NCBI RefSeq assembly: GCF_006345805.1
Contig: NW_021823748.1
Coordinates: forward strand, 1-21,322
Source of the DNA: Octopus sinensis
Lineage: Eukaryota
Direction: 5' to 3'
Length of the DNA: 21,322 nucleotides
Below the pieces are notes generated by a model, which was not told the DNA's origin, searched no databases, and saw only the letters and a program-made list of their open reading frames with translations. Made by a program: the position numbers and the translations under genes. Below are positions 11,677-21,322 of the stretch, piece after piece (the first letter of the stretch is position 1; the number at the start of each line of letters is the position of its first letter).

Positions 11677-11899
11677 TTTGATGAGTCAGGCATTGTGACT
11701 CTGGGCCAGATGTTTCTACCATCCTCACTTCTCATTCTTGTTGCATCACACGTTCACTCTTTTGAGACAGATGAAATGGCTTGCTTTCTGGATAGCAGTA
11801 CCTTTTATCTCGTTTGCAGCTAATCCAAAACTTGAGAGCATCGAGCGAACCCTGGTGCCAGCAGATCTTCTAACATCATCATATGCACAAACGATTAAT
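11677..11899 (-). mobile_element. 3' end fragment of a non-LTR retrotransposon, tentatively RLE-type (Hero/NeSL-like)
   Basis: About 94% identical to 14612-14836 in inverted orientation. The minus strand reads CAYDDVRRSAGTRVRSMLSSFGLAANEIKGTAIQKASHFICLKRVNV*, resembling the C-terminal L..LG...A..AS..IW.KR segment of RLE LINEs. Repeat status is certain; the clade call is tentative. Confidence 0.55.
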
Positions 11900-11939
11900 A
11901 CTTTGTATCGTTAATTAAATCCATTGGTTGGAGTAGTGG

Positions 11940-13123
11940 GTTAATGTCGATGGTAGAATTGTGGAACCCATTCCAATAGAAATTGGTGTCAAACGAGGTG
12001 ACATCCTTGAACTTTTGCTACAATCTCTCACCATACTTTTACCTCGGATTGCTCTCCTGAGATATGACCGAGGTACCAATCTTCTGATATTCCTTTTAAA
12101 CTGTGTCTATTTGCTGCCAATATTGCGACTTAGTTGCTCGTCTAGTTGAAGATATACAACTTGTCATGGATCGTAATTCTGCATGTCGCAAAGCATCTAG
12201 ACTCAGTTCTAAACTGAACAAGACTGCTCTTATGTTCCAGCCTGCACCAGGAAATCCGTATGTGAAACAATCTACCTTAGTTGAAGGAACAGTACTGAAA
12301 GTGGTAGACAAGTCTGGGCAACAAACACACTCAACCGTTCTTGCTGCTTGGATGACGAAATATATTTAAGGCATCAAAGAGCAACTGATTCTTTTATGGC
12401 TCTTTAATCTCGAATCTAGTCTCAATATCGCGTCAAAAGACGAATAAAATTTGCTGTGTACCATACACATGTCGCTCTTTTACTCATGTAAGACATGGCA
12501 CTTTTATAGGCATTACATAAGGGACTTGAACAGAGATACATTCTGAATGTTGGCTGGTCTTTGTTTGTGGTCCTCAAGAAACAAAGGCTTTGAGGGGATC
12601 CGACGTTCTGAGCATTAAGACGATGGTGCATGAACATTGTATACCTTGGACTAGAAATCTTGTTCGGTTGAATGTTTGAAGAATTCCTAAACAGATGCTT
12701 TATGGCGAACGTGCTTTTAGAAAGCATCCCCCACCACTCCAAGAGAAACTAAGACCAGAGTTTATGTGGGGTGTAAAGTCCTCGTTGAAAGCATGTAAAA
12801 TGAGGGAGGTAAATTTTGAAAACAGTGCACATCCTCTTTACCAATGGGAGAGGAGGAGACATGAGACAAGTAAAGGAAGGAATGGGTATTTTCGAAAAAG
12901 CACGTATTTTTAATTCAGGATTTAAGCGAGCTTTTCAAAAAACGCACCAACACTGTAAGGAATGGGGAAAATTTGGTCTGTAATATCTGTGGAGGTAAGT
13001 AAGTATTTATCAAATGCTGGGCTCATTAGTCACTAGCGGAGCCACAAGTTTAAAGTATAAATTTGTCTGATTGCACAATGTTCTTAATGGTCAATAATGG
13101 TATTCCTCGGTCACGAGTGGACA

Positions 13124-13128
<5 letters not shown>
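11940..13128 (+). mobile_element. 5'-truncated, decayed RTE-clade LINE (RT C-terminal half, thumb, C-terminal zinc-finger remnant)
   Basis: Across frameshifts: VDGRIVEPIPIEIGVKRGDIL (RT GV.QG motif); ARLVEDIQLV (YADD region, degenerate); KTALMFQPAPGNPYVKQSTLVEGTVLKVVDK (typical RTE MYQPAPG.PY...L.VVDKF); LFYSCKTWHFYRHYIRDL; KQMLYGE; and terminal CNICGG...SNAGLISH*RSH (12979-13048). Confidence 0.88.
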
Positions 13129-13161
<33 letters not shown>

Positions 13162-13254
13162 GTATGTATGTTTGTTTGTATGTATATCTGTGTACACACA
13201 CGTGCGCGCTCACACACACATATATATATATAGTTATATACATACATACATACA

Positions 13255-13288
<34 letters not shown>

Positions 13289-13316
13289 CATACATATATA
13301 CATACAAGCACACAAG
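13128..13316. repeat. (TA)n/(CATA)n microsatellites
   Basis: Direct reading. Confidence 0.95.
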
Positions 13317-13409
13317 TTTTTATATACGAAGACACACTGGTATAACTAGTTTTAAAAGAGTGACAGGGACATAGAAATAGACCAGATTTGACTATACGTG
13401 TGCATGTGT

Positions 13410-13473
13410 TTATGCATGTATCATATATATACACGTAAATATATACATACACAAATAGATATACATGCACAGA

Positions 13474-13527
<54 letters not shown>

Positions 13528-13590
13528 CGCACACACATGCCTCTATTTACATGTCTAATTATATATAGAGAGAGAGGGTTAGAGGGAGGG
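13410..13590. repeat. (TA)/(CA)/(GA) microsatellites
   Basis: Direct reading. Confidence 0.9.
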
Positions 13591-13816
13591 AGACACGCAC
13601 ATAACACAGAACTAAAGTATGGAAGCCTATGAGAGTCATTAAGATCTGCCGGAGATAGCAATGTTGATAATGTTATGGACTTTAGTATTTTAGTCACGTT
13701 AAGCTAATAGTGAATGGTAACGTGATTCTGCGAGACTTGCTCCAATAGACAATGTCTGTGTGTCGAAAAATATAATAATACTGATACTAATATCAAAAAC
13801 TACGAAAATAATATAA

Positions 13817-13876
13817 ATGAGTAATAATAATGGTAATGGTAGCAATGATAATATTAATAATAAGGATAATAATAAA

Positions 13877-13959
<83 letters not shown>

Positions 13960-14131
13960 AACAGTAATCATAATGATGATGACGATGATGATGATGATGA
14001 TGACGACGACGATGACGATGATGATGGTGATGATGATGATGATTATGATGATGACGGTGACAATGTTGATGACGATGATGATGATGATGATGATGACGAC
14101 GACGACGACGACGACGACGATGATGATGATG

Positions 14132-14173
<42 letters not shown>

Positions 14174-14300
14174 TCATTATCAATATTGTTATTAAGAAGA
14201 AGGAAAAGAAGAAGAAGAAGAAGAAGAAGAAGAAGAAGAAGAAGAAGAAGAAGAAGAAGAAGAAGAAGAAGAAGAAGAATGATTGTAATAATAAGAATAA
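13817..14300. repeat. Compound trinucleotide array AAT/GAT/GAC/GAT/AAT/GAA
   Basis: Direct reading; source of the 205- and 217-aa homopolymer ORFs. Confidence 0.97.
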
Positions 14301-14499
14301 CTATATGTATATGCATGTATGTATGTATAACTATATGTATATGTATGTATACCCAATTTGCGCATGTATGTAGTGTTTATGTGTGTAGCTTGCGTATGGA
14401 AGCAGAATACATGAACAAAAGCCAGCCACTGGAAAGTAGAAAAACGTGTGCAGAATTCGCCAATTTGTGAAAATAACGAACTAGCTGCCAGTTTGTTTT

Positions 14500-14840
14500 A
14501 TTCATAACTCCTAATAAGGCAAAAATATGATGAAAATTTGTTGAGAATAGACGAATGTAAGGATGTAGGAAATCTATGGAGGGAAATCTGTAGCTGGTGT
14601 TATAAGAGAGAATTAATCCTTTGTGCATATGATGGTGTTAGAAGATCTGCTGGCACCAGGGTTCGCTCGATGCTCACACAAGTTTTGGATTAGCTGCAAA
14701 CGAGATAAAACGTACTGCCATCGAGAAAGCAAGCCATTCCATCTGTCGCAAAAGAGTGAACGTGTGGTGTAACAAGAATGACAAGTGAGGATGGTAGAAA
14801 CATCTGGCCCAGAGTCACAATGCCTGACTCATCAAAGTTT
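14500..14840 (+). mobile_element. 3' end fragment of an RLE-type (Hero-like) non-LTR retrotransposon, second copy
   Basis: 14612-14836 is the inverted partner of 11677-11899. Upstream it reads ...KYDENLLRIDECKDVGNLW..., resembling the K..KY..L..EC...GW segment of RLE domains. Confidence 0.55.
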
Positions 14841-15117
14841 GATGCAAATTAAATGCGGGGCGGGAGGTGGGGGATTGTGAGATCTTTGTTGACCTTGGTG
14901 GTAAATATCACTTCCCACTTTTCAATGACGGAAAGACCCAACCATATAAAAGAAGGTGCAAAGAAAAGAAGACTGCAAAGATGGTAAATCTGAGAGGTCT
15001 CTAGGAAGAGAACATCGAAGACGCTTTTCCTAGGAAGACAGAAAATAAAGTGAGTTGGTTGAAGTCTGTGAAAATAATGGATGGGTATCAATATGCACGT
15101 CTTGACAAATAAGACAG

Positions 15118-15151
15118 ATATATTATATATATATATATATATATAATATTA

Positions 15152-15212
<61 letters not shown>

Positions 15213-15240
15213 TATATACAAACACATATACACACACATT
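15118..15240. repeat. (TA)n/(CA)n microsatellite (SINE tail)
   Basis: Direct reading; adjoins the 3' end of the minus-strand SINE. Confidence 0.95.
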
Positions 15241-15241
15241 C

Positions 15242-15404
15242 ACGATAAACTTCTTTCAGTTTCCGTCTAGTAGATCTATTCACAAGCTTCGGTCGGCCCA
15301 GGTTATATAAGTAGACACCCGTCCTAGAAATTACGCTGCGTTACTGAACCTGGAAGCATGTGATTGGGAAATAAACTTCGTACCACGCAGCCACGCCTGC
15401 GCCT
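15242..15404 (-). mobile_element. tRNA-derived SINE, family B
   Basis: Reverse complement starts ggcgcaggcgtggctgcgtggta and ends ...ggaaactgaaagaagttt. It shares its 3' block with the plus-strand copy at 19490-19645. Confidence 0.85.
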
Positions 15405-15499
15405 ATAATGTCAATACTACTAACCTACAAAATAAATTTCTGGTCCCCTGACGAAGTTATATATCATTATGACACTTCCTAACATCTAATAGAAAAGAA

Positions 15500-15926
15500 A
15501 TTCGTGACTTTGAATATATCGAAAGATAGAAGCTAAATCCTAGACGCCTAATACAACTAAAGAAAATAACGATGTTGCTATTGTATAATTGAAAGAACTC
15601 ATATCAATACTACAATTGTGGAAATAATTGAACGGGTACATTGATGCAAGAAACACCAATAATAGCGGAGAATCGCAGCAGGAATAACAGAAACAGCAAG
15701 AGCATTCATTGAATAAACATGACCCACTATAAAGTCGAGACAGATATTAGATGTTACAGAGTTATGTGCGAGAGGGTTTATGGCTGAATCTGCATATGAT
15801 CTAATGAAGCGGCTCTCAGTTCTGTGAGGCAGAGAACCAAACTTCTTAAGAAAAGGCAAAAGCAGCTGAGAAGAGTTCCAGCTGGATTTGGTCAAGGAAG
15901 AATGGAAGTGAATTTAAAAAGGCATC
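15500..15926 (+). mobile_element. Decayed RLE-type (Hero-like) LINE C-terminal fragment
   Basis: Reads DVTELCARGFMAESAYDLMKRLSV, then after a frameshift AKAAEKSSSWIWSRK, matching the EVG.RGF...AAE..S.WIW.KR pattern. Family A SINE dimer inserted just downstream. Confidence 0.65.
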
Positions 15927-15938
15927 ATTTAGAATATA

Positions 15939-16352
15939 TATCTCTTTACTGCCTACAAGGGACTAAACATAGAGGGGACAAACAAGGATAGACAAAGGGA
16001 TTAAGTCGATTACATCGACCCCAGTGCGTAACTGGTACTTATTTAACTGACCTCGAAAGGATGAAAGGCAAAGTCGACCTCGGTGGAATTTGAACTCAGA
16101 TAGTAACGGCAGACGAAATACCTATTTCTTTACTACCCACAAGGGGCTAAACATAGACGGGACAAACGAGGACAAACAATGGATTAAGTCGATTATATCG
16201 ATCCCAGTGCATAACTGGTATTTAATTTATCAACCCCGAAAGGATGAAAGACAAAGTCGACCTCGGCGGAATTTGAACTCAGAACGTAACGGCAGACGAA
16301 ATACTGCTGAGCATTTCGCCTGGCGTGCTAACTTTTCTGCCAGCTCGCCGCC
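15939..16352 (-). mobile_element. SINE family A head-to-tail dimer (full monomer plus head-truncated monomer)
   Basis: Two units joined at ~16122/16123 (gaaatacc|tatttctt). One TSD flanks the whole dimer: atttagaatata (15927-15938) and atttacaatata (16355-16366), one mismatch. Confidence 0.9.
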
Positions 16353-16683
16353 TAATTTACAATATAGTCAGCTGATGTCTTTGAAAGAAGTTGATACAAC
16401 ACTCAAAGCATCTTGGATCTGGGACACCTTAGCCATCCAGGAGAGTTACATTGTAAACAAAGGCGTAGAATGTGGTAGCAGAGTGGCAGAGCAGCCGGCC
16501 CTGCTCCTTAGTTTATACGTAGTTAAGAGATGAAACATTTGCATGAAGAGGACTTTTTCCACGAAAACAACCCTGCTGTTTTTCTCTCTCTAGTTAAACT
16601 GCTATAACAGCAGGGTAGTGTTTGTAGCAGCAGCAGTGACAGAAACAAATTGTGTCTGCTAATTTTGTTCTGTCGTTTCACAC

Positions 16684-16854
16684 GGAGCGCGGTCTCGTGG
16701 TTAGTGTGTCGCAAGGACATGACAAAAGGAATCGATGAAGTATGTACCAGACTTACAATAATAAAAAGTACAGGGGTCAATTTATTCGACTAAAACCCTT
16801 CAAGGTGGTGCCCCAGCATGACCAGTAACTGAAACAAAAGATAAAAGATAAAAA
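16684..16854 (+). mobile_element. Diverged SINE related to family A, third tail type, probably internally deleted
   Basis: tRNA-like start (gcggtctcgtggttag); central tcgatgaagtatgtaccag...ggggtcaatttattcgacta; tail ggtggtgccccagcatg...actgaaacaaaagataaaaga. Confidence 0.7.
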
Positions 16855-16988
16855 TAACGTGACTCTAGCAACCGGTTAATAGAATCATAAACCTGTTCAG
16901 TGGAAATGCTGTGCTCTCGGGATGGAAATCGGAATAAACGACACAATGAGTTCTAGGACTTGAGACTGTCAAGTCTAAAGGTTAAGTT

Positions 16989-17103
16989 GCGTGGCTTAGA
17001 GTTAAGGGTGTTGCACCTATCGTGGTTTCGAATTCTGGATCAATCGTGAAATTACGCTTTTGAGCAAAACATTTCAGATCTCGTTACTCCAGTCTATTCC
17101 CAG
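16989..17103 (+). mobile_element. Decayed tRNA-derived SINE, family C, copy 1
   Basis: A-box-like gtggcttagagtt and B-box-like ggtttcgaattc; aligns with 17255-17382. Confidence 0.6.
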
Positions 17104-17254
17104 TAATACCTGGGAAGTTCACGCTTCAATGAACCGGTGTCGCAAGCAATTGTGTCGGGTGCGTAAATGAATTCTTGGGCTCATGCCAGACATTTGACCA
17201 AATATATCTACCCATCTACTTTATATCAACGTATCTATCTACCCAGTGAAGATC

Positions 17255-17382
17255 ATGGCTATGTCGTTAGGGTGTTGGACTCACAGACGCAAACTCGTGG
17301 TTTCGAATCCTGAACCAGTCGTCGTCTTATAATCTTTAGCAAATCGCTTCCTTTCACCGTTACTTCAATCCACTCAGACTGG
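17255..17382 (+). mobile_element. Decayed tRNA-derived SINE, family C, copy 2
   Basis: atggct...gttagggtgttggac...cgtggtttcgaatcctg...agcaaa...cgttacttcaatccactcag, colinear with copy 1. Confidence 0.6.
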
Positions 17383-17566
17383 TATCCCGTTCAAGAGGAA
17401 TACTATGATCTCAGTTACTAATATGCCTCAGAAACCAGTCCTTAGAGTAGAGAAAGCTCTCTTTTTCTCTCTCCACTCCCTTTTCTCTCCCTCTACTCTA
17501 TCTTTCTTCGCTCACTTTTCTTTCCCTCTACACTCTTTCTCTCAATATATATATATTGGTTTGTAG

Positions 17567-17605
17567 TTTCAGCTCAGAGCTGTGGCCATGCTGGAGCACA
17601 GCTGT
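17567..17605 (-). mobile_element. Isolated SINE tail fragment
   Basis: Reverse complement gctgtgctccagcatggccacagctctgagctgaaac resembles the tail at 16804-16835 (ggtgccccagcatgacc...actgaaac). Confidence 0.55.
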
Positions 17606-17606
17606 T

Positions 17607-17686
17607 GTATGTATGTATGTATGTATGTAGTATATATATATATATATATATATAAATATTTATATATATATATACATACATACATA
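17607..17686. repeat. (TATG)/(TA)/(CATA) microsatellite
   Basis: Direct reading. Confidence 0.95.
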
Positions 17687-17689
17687 CGT

Positions 17690-17992
17690 GGAGGGCGCAA
17701 TGGCCCAGTGGTTGGAGCAGCGGACTTGCGGTTGTAGGATCGAGGCGGTTTCGATTCCAGGCTCTGGGCGTTGTGAGCAAAACACATAGCCAAAAACACA
17801 TGAGCCAAAACACATAAAAGCTCCACGAGGCTCCGGCAGGGGATGGTGGTGATCCCTGCTGTACTCTTTCGCCACAACTTTCTCACACTCTTTCTTCTGT
17901 TGGCCTGCTCGCTTAGCCAGCGGGGTGGCGTCATTTGAAGGCTAAAACAATGCGAAGCGCATTGTGACCAGCGATGTGTAGCAACATCTGAT
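17690..17992 (+). mobile_element. tRNA-derived SINE, family D
   Basis: A box tggcccagtgg (17701-17711), B box gtttcgattcc (17748-17758), GC-rich body, ends at a microsatellite tail. Confidence 0.8.
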
Positions 17993-18000
17993 ATATACAT

Positions 18001-18056
<56 letters not shown>
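17993..18056. repeat. (CATA)n/(CA)n microsatellite
   Basis: Direct reading. Confidence 0.95.
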
Positions 18057-18057
<1 letters not shown>

Positions 18058-18240
18058 AGGGGTGTTGAAAAGTTCCTAGCTTTGGGTAAGAGAAAATACA
18101 GGAGGATCAGTTAATTATGATTTTATTCAACATATTCCCCTCTCAGATTCACCCTAATCTCAGATTAAGCCCTGTAAAAATTCGGAAGGTTTGGCCCACA
18201 GCTAGGCCTTTCGATACACCCTTAAAGCCAGGAACGTTTC
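18057..18240. mobile_element. Mariner-derived non-autonomous element (MITE-like)
   Basis: Left end caggggtgttgaaaagttcctagcttt. gaaaagttcctagcttt (18067-18083) pairs 15/17 with aaagccaggaacgtttc (18224-18240). Internal ttttattcaacatattcccctct is mariner-like. No coding capacity; the outer right TIR is lost. Confidence 0.7.
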
Positions 18241-19011
18241 TGTGTATCTGTATATGATTGTCGTCATAAGAATCTTACAAACATTCCGAAGAGCGTGAAA
18301 TAATTCGCCTTTAGAATAGTGGTTCTCCAAGTACAGGCTTTCTTCATCGAAAGGAATTTTTCAAATCAATATTTACAAGCTATTATTTATAGCATTACTT
18401 GTTTTGAGATTTTGAGATTCACCATTAAAAGAAAATAAACACCAACAACAAAGAACAAAGAATTATTTCAGTTTCTCTCGAAGTTCATAAAATGTTTATG
18501 CCGACAATATAGATTTTCTTGTTGGTTAAAATAAAGTTTCACAAATAGAGAGGGAAATTATTTGGTCCAATAAGAGAACGTCTGTCATATTTACAGTAGA
18601 TGTGGGGTCAAGTTCCACTGACAGCCTTCGACTATTCTAACCAAACCGATTTTTCCACCCAATATTTGTATGTTGTTTTCCTAGCTTTGTGTGTGTTTCC
18701 AGAACTACTATTCTCAAACACACACACACACACACACAATCAACCTTTAGTAAATTATAGCCGTTAGCCAGTGAAACAAAACAATATTTTCACAGAAAAT
18801 AATGTAATTTTCTTCAATAATTAAAATATTCTGTGTGTCGAAATACGGTAAAATTTATATATGAGGTATTCAGGAGAGATTTGGAGATAGGCAATGTAAA
18901 ATTAATTTATGTCTTGACGAATAACAAATGTCTTCGTTGTACACAAGTCAATGTGTACTGGGACTCAGTTAATGTTACAGAGAGAGAGAGAGGAGGGGGG
19001 GAGAGATTAGT

Positions 19012-19123
19012 TAGGTAGATAGATTAGGTAGATAGATAGATAGATAGATAGATAGATATACAGACAGACAGATAGATAGATAGGCAGACAGACAGACAGA
19101 CAGATAGATAGATAGATAGATAG

Positions 19124-19166
<43 letters not shown>

Positions 19167-19181
19167 GATAGATAGATAGAT

Positions 19182-19222
<41 letters not shown>

Positions 19223-19225
19223 GAT

Positions 19226-19263
<38 letters not shown>

Positions 19264-19310
19264 TACAGACAGACAGATAGATAGATAGGCAGGCAGACAG
19301 ACAGACAGAC

Positions 19311-19361
<51 letters not shown>

Positions 19362-19433
19362 CTGACAGACAGACTGATAGATAGATAGATAGATAGATAG
19401 ATAGTTAGATAGATAGATAGATAGATAGATAGA
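19012..19433. repeat. (GATA)n/(GACA)n tetranucleotide array
   Basis: Direct reading; source of the 171-aa minus-strand ORF. Confidence 0.97.
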
Positions 19434-19489
19434 TGGAACCCTCGTCGTCATAAGCGAGGAGTGCCAGGTGTTTATGACAATATATAAAA

Positions 19490-19645
19490 ACGTGATTGTA
19501 TGGTAAGGCGATTGTTTGTTAAACATGTGGTCATGTGTTCAGTCCCACTGCATAGAGACATCATCACTGTTTCCTACCAATAGCCCAGGGTCGACCAAAG
19601 CCTTATGAGTGGATTTGGTTGAAGGAAACTGAAAGAAGCCCGTGT
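19490..19645 (+). mobile_element. tRNA-derived SINE, family B, diverged
   Basis: gttcagtcccactgc...gtcgaccaaagccttatgagtggatttggttgaaggaaactgaaagaagcccgt, followed by a (TA/TG) tail to ~19706; matches the reverse complement of 15242-15404. Confidence 0.8.
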
Positions 19646-20716
19646 ATATATACTTACATATATACTTGTATAAATGTGTGTATGCATATGTGTATGTGTG
19701 TGTGTGGCCTCTCGGGTAGAGGTGAAGAGGTGACTGTGTTTTGTAGGTATCCAATATGCCACAGTTTTTTGTCTGTTCGTCTCCTACGAGATTGTCAAAT
19801 CCTCTTAAATACATTATTTAAAGATATATCTTTATCAAAGTAAGAATAGTACCAACTCATTCTATACTTATCAAAATAATTTTTTCTTAGTTTTTAATTT
19901 TTATATACTTGCTTTGTTTATGAATAGCTATTCGTAGATCCATTTTATCTTTATCTATGCTGTGTAAACGTACAGTGCTAAAGCACATAAGTACACCGGG
20001 TAACAGACGAAAATCGTCGAACCGTGTAGTGGAGTTGCTAAATCATGAATTCTGTGTCTGTGCAAATCGTTAATAGGAAGTATCCACTAGCAAGCACATG
20101 CTTAAGTATGTTTCACTTCTACTGATACAGGGTTAAGAAAACACTGGTATGGCAAATAGCTGATGTGCTGGGAGAAAGAATTCCTTACAAGCAACGGAAG
20201 CAACGTTTGTTGAGAATAGCATTCTCTATATCTTCCTTAACGTGGATAGCCTGTAGAAAGCTAAGGAGTTGCGGTATTCGTTTCGATAAAGGTTCCTGTA
20301 GAGACGTATAGTGCTAAAAAACTGAGAAATATATTAGTAGCCGGTACTTTTCGAAAGGGATACTCGGAAAGGTTCTACAATGTTGGGAGGATGATTTAAG
20401 TCAATGATTTTGGCTAAGATTGAAAAGACGGGCGCAACAAGAAAAAATTGGAAGCCCATTGTGACCAGCGGGAAATAACAATACCGAACAGTCTGATAGA
20501 TACAGTGCTATCTATAAGCACCAAATTGCTTCTGATCTTAGTTTGGCACTCTTCGTAATTATTTAGGCTATGACTTTTTCGATGACTTCCATAATCTTCA
20601 GTTATTTCATACCTCTGTAATTACTTCCATGCCATCATCGAAAGAAAGAACGACAATGATAATTATGATGAGAATGATGACTGTGGTGGTGGTGATGGTG
20701 GTATTTCCAAATTAAA

Positions 20717-20947
20717 GGCGGTGAGCTGGCAGAAACGTTAGCACGCTGGGCGAAATGCTTAGCAGTATTTCGTCTGCTGCTACGTTCTGAGTTCAAATTC
20801 CGCCGAGGTCGACTATGCCTTTCATCCTTTCGGGGTCGATAAATTAAGTACCAGTTAAGCACTGGGGTCGATGTAATCGACTTAATCCGTTTGTCTGTCC
20901 TTGTTTGTCCCTTCTGTGTTTAGCTCCTTGTGGGTAGTAAAGAAATA
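20717..20947 (+). mobile_element. tRNA-derived SINE, family A, full length, well preserved
   Basis: Head ggcggtgagctggcagaa, B box gttcaaattcc (20791-20801), tail gtagtaaagaaata; perfect 16-bp TSD ggtatttccaaattaa (20700-20715 and 20948-20963). Confidence 0.95.
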
Positions 20948-21322
20948 GGTATTTCCAAATTAATATATCTTGCCTTAATTTTTCTTTTAAATAACTTTCT
21001 CATTAGAGAGCCATTCTTTCACATGACAAATAAATTTATAGTTTCTCTGAAAATAGAATGGTGTATATATTTACTAGGTAATTTTTACTTAAATAACAAG
21101 AGTAAGAAGGAAAGAGAGGACAAATAAATGATCACATGTTACTTCATGCCTTTTGTGGAAAAAGGGTTTTACTGTATAAATTTATGTGTGTGTGTTGTGG
21201 CCAAAATAAGTTTTCATAGAAGAAAAATCATAGTTAACTAAGCGGTATGCGCTGTTATTTAGGTCATCAAACTCTGGGATGATTTTTTTCTTTAACATTA
21301 TAAAGACGATGTGCAGATTAAT

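Noticed and set aside
8660-13660. Short similarity between ~8666-8694 and ~13630-13658 (20/29 nt; SADLNSS versus PADLNDS on the minus strand)
   Set aside because: Too short to exceed chance in a 21-kb self-comparison.
13699-14470. 205-aa and 217-aa ORFs
   Set aside because: Homopolymeric translations of trinucleotide repeats; no domain content.
16090-16533. 147-aa ORF
   Set aside because: Mostly the antisense reading of the SINE dimer with a TTG start; similar peptides arise from the other family A copies.
17690-17770. Possible tRNA gene (A and B boxes), also in the other SINE heads
   Set aside because: No complete cloverleaf with an acceptor stem; the sequence continues into SINE bodies.
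17569-18054. 161-aa ORF
   Set aside because: Spans microsatellites and the antisense strand of SINE D.
19011-19526. 171-aa ORF (SIYL repeats)
   Set aside because: Translation of the (TATC)n strand of the GATA array.
19960-20520. Recurring ta(c/t)agtgcta motif (~19970, ~20308, ~20501), resembling a Tc1 TA-CAGTG end
   Set aside because: All copies are in the same orientation, there is no inverted partner and no transposase remnant was recognised.

Overview
AT-rich eukaryotic (animal) genomic DNA, intergenic or deep-intronic, with no host protein-coding exon I can support. The repeat families recalled from memory and the microsatellite density suggest a coleoid cephalopod, probably Octopus; this is inference, not a database result. 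The window holds: (i) many copies of at least four tRNA-derived SINE families, several with clear target-site duplications and one head-to-tail dimer; (ii) decayed DNA transposons: a Tc1-like transposase (minus strand, split by a SINE), a DD37D/maT-like transposase, a mariner-derived MITE and a probable non-autonomous Helitron; (iii) decayed LINEs: a 5'-truncated RTE-clade element and three 3' fragments resembling RLE-type (Hero/NeSL-like) elements, two of them a ~94% identical inverted pair 2.7 kb apart; (iv) many di-, tri- and tetranucleotide microsatellites, which generate most ORFs in the track. Not explained by these features: a perfect 24-bp-stem hairpin at 10588-10643, a diverged ~150-170 bp repeat in 3-4 copies at 5.6-6.9 kb, and a 1.7 kb stretch (1290-2990) that may be an ancient retroelement. 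I found no convincing new multi-gene system.
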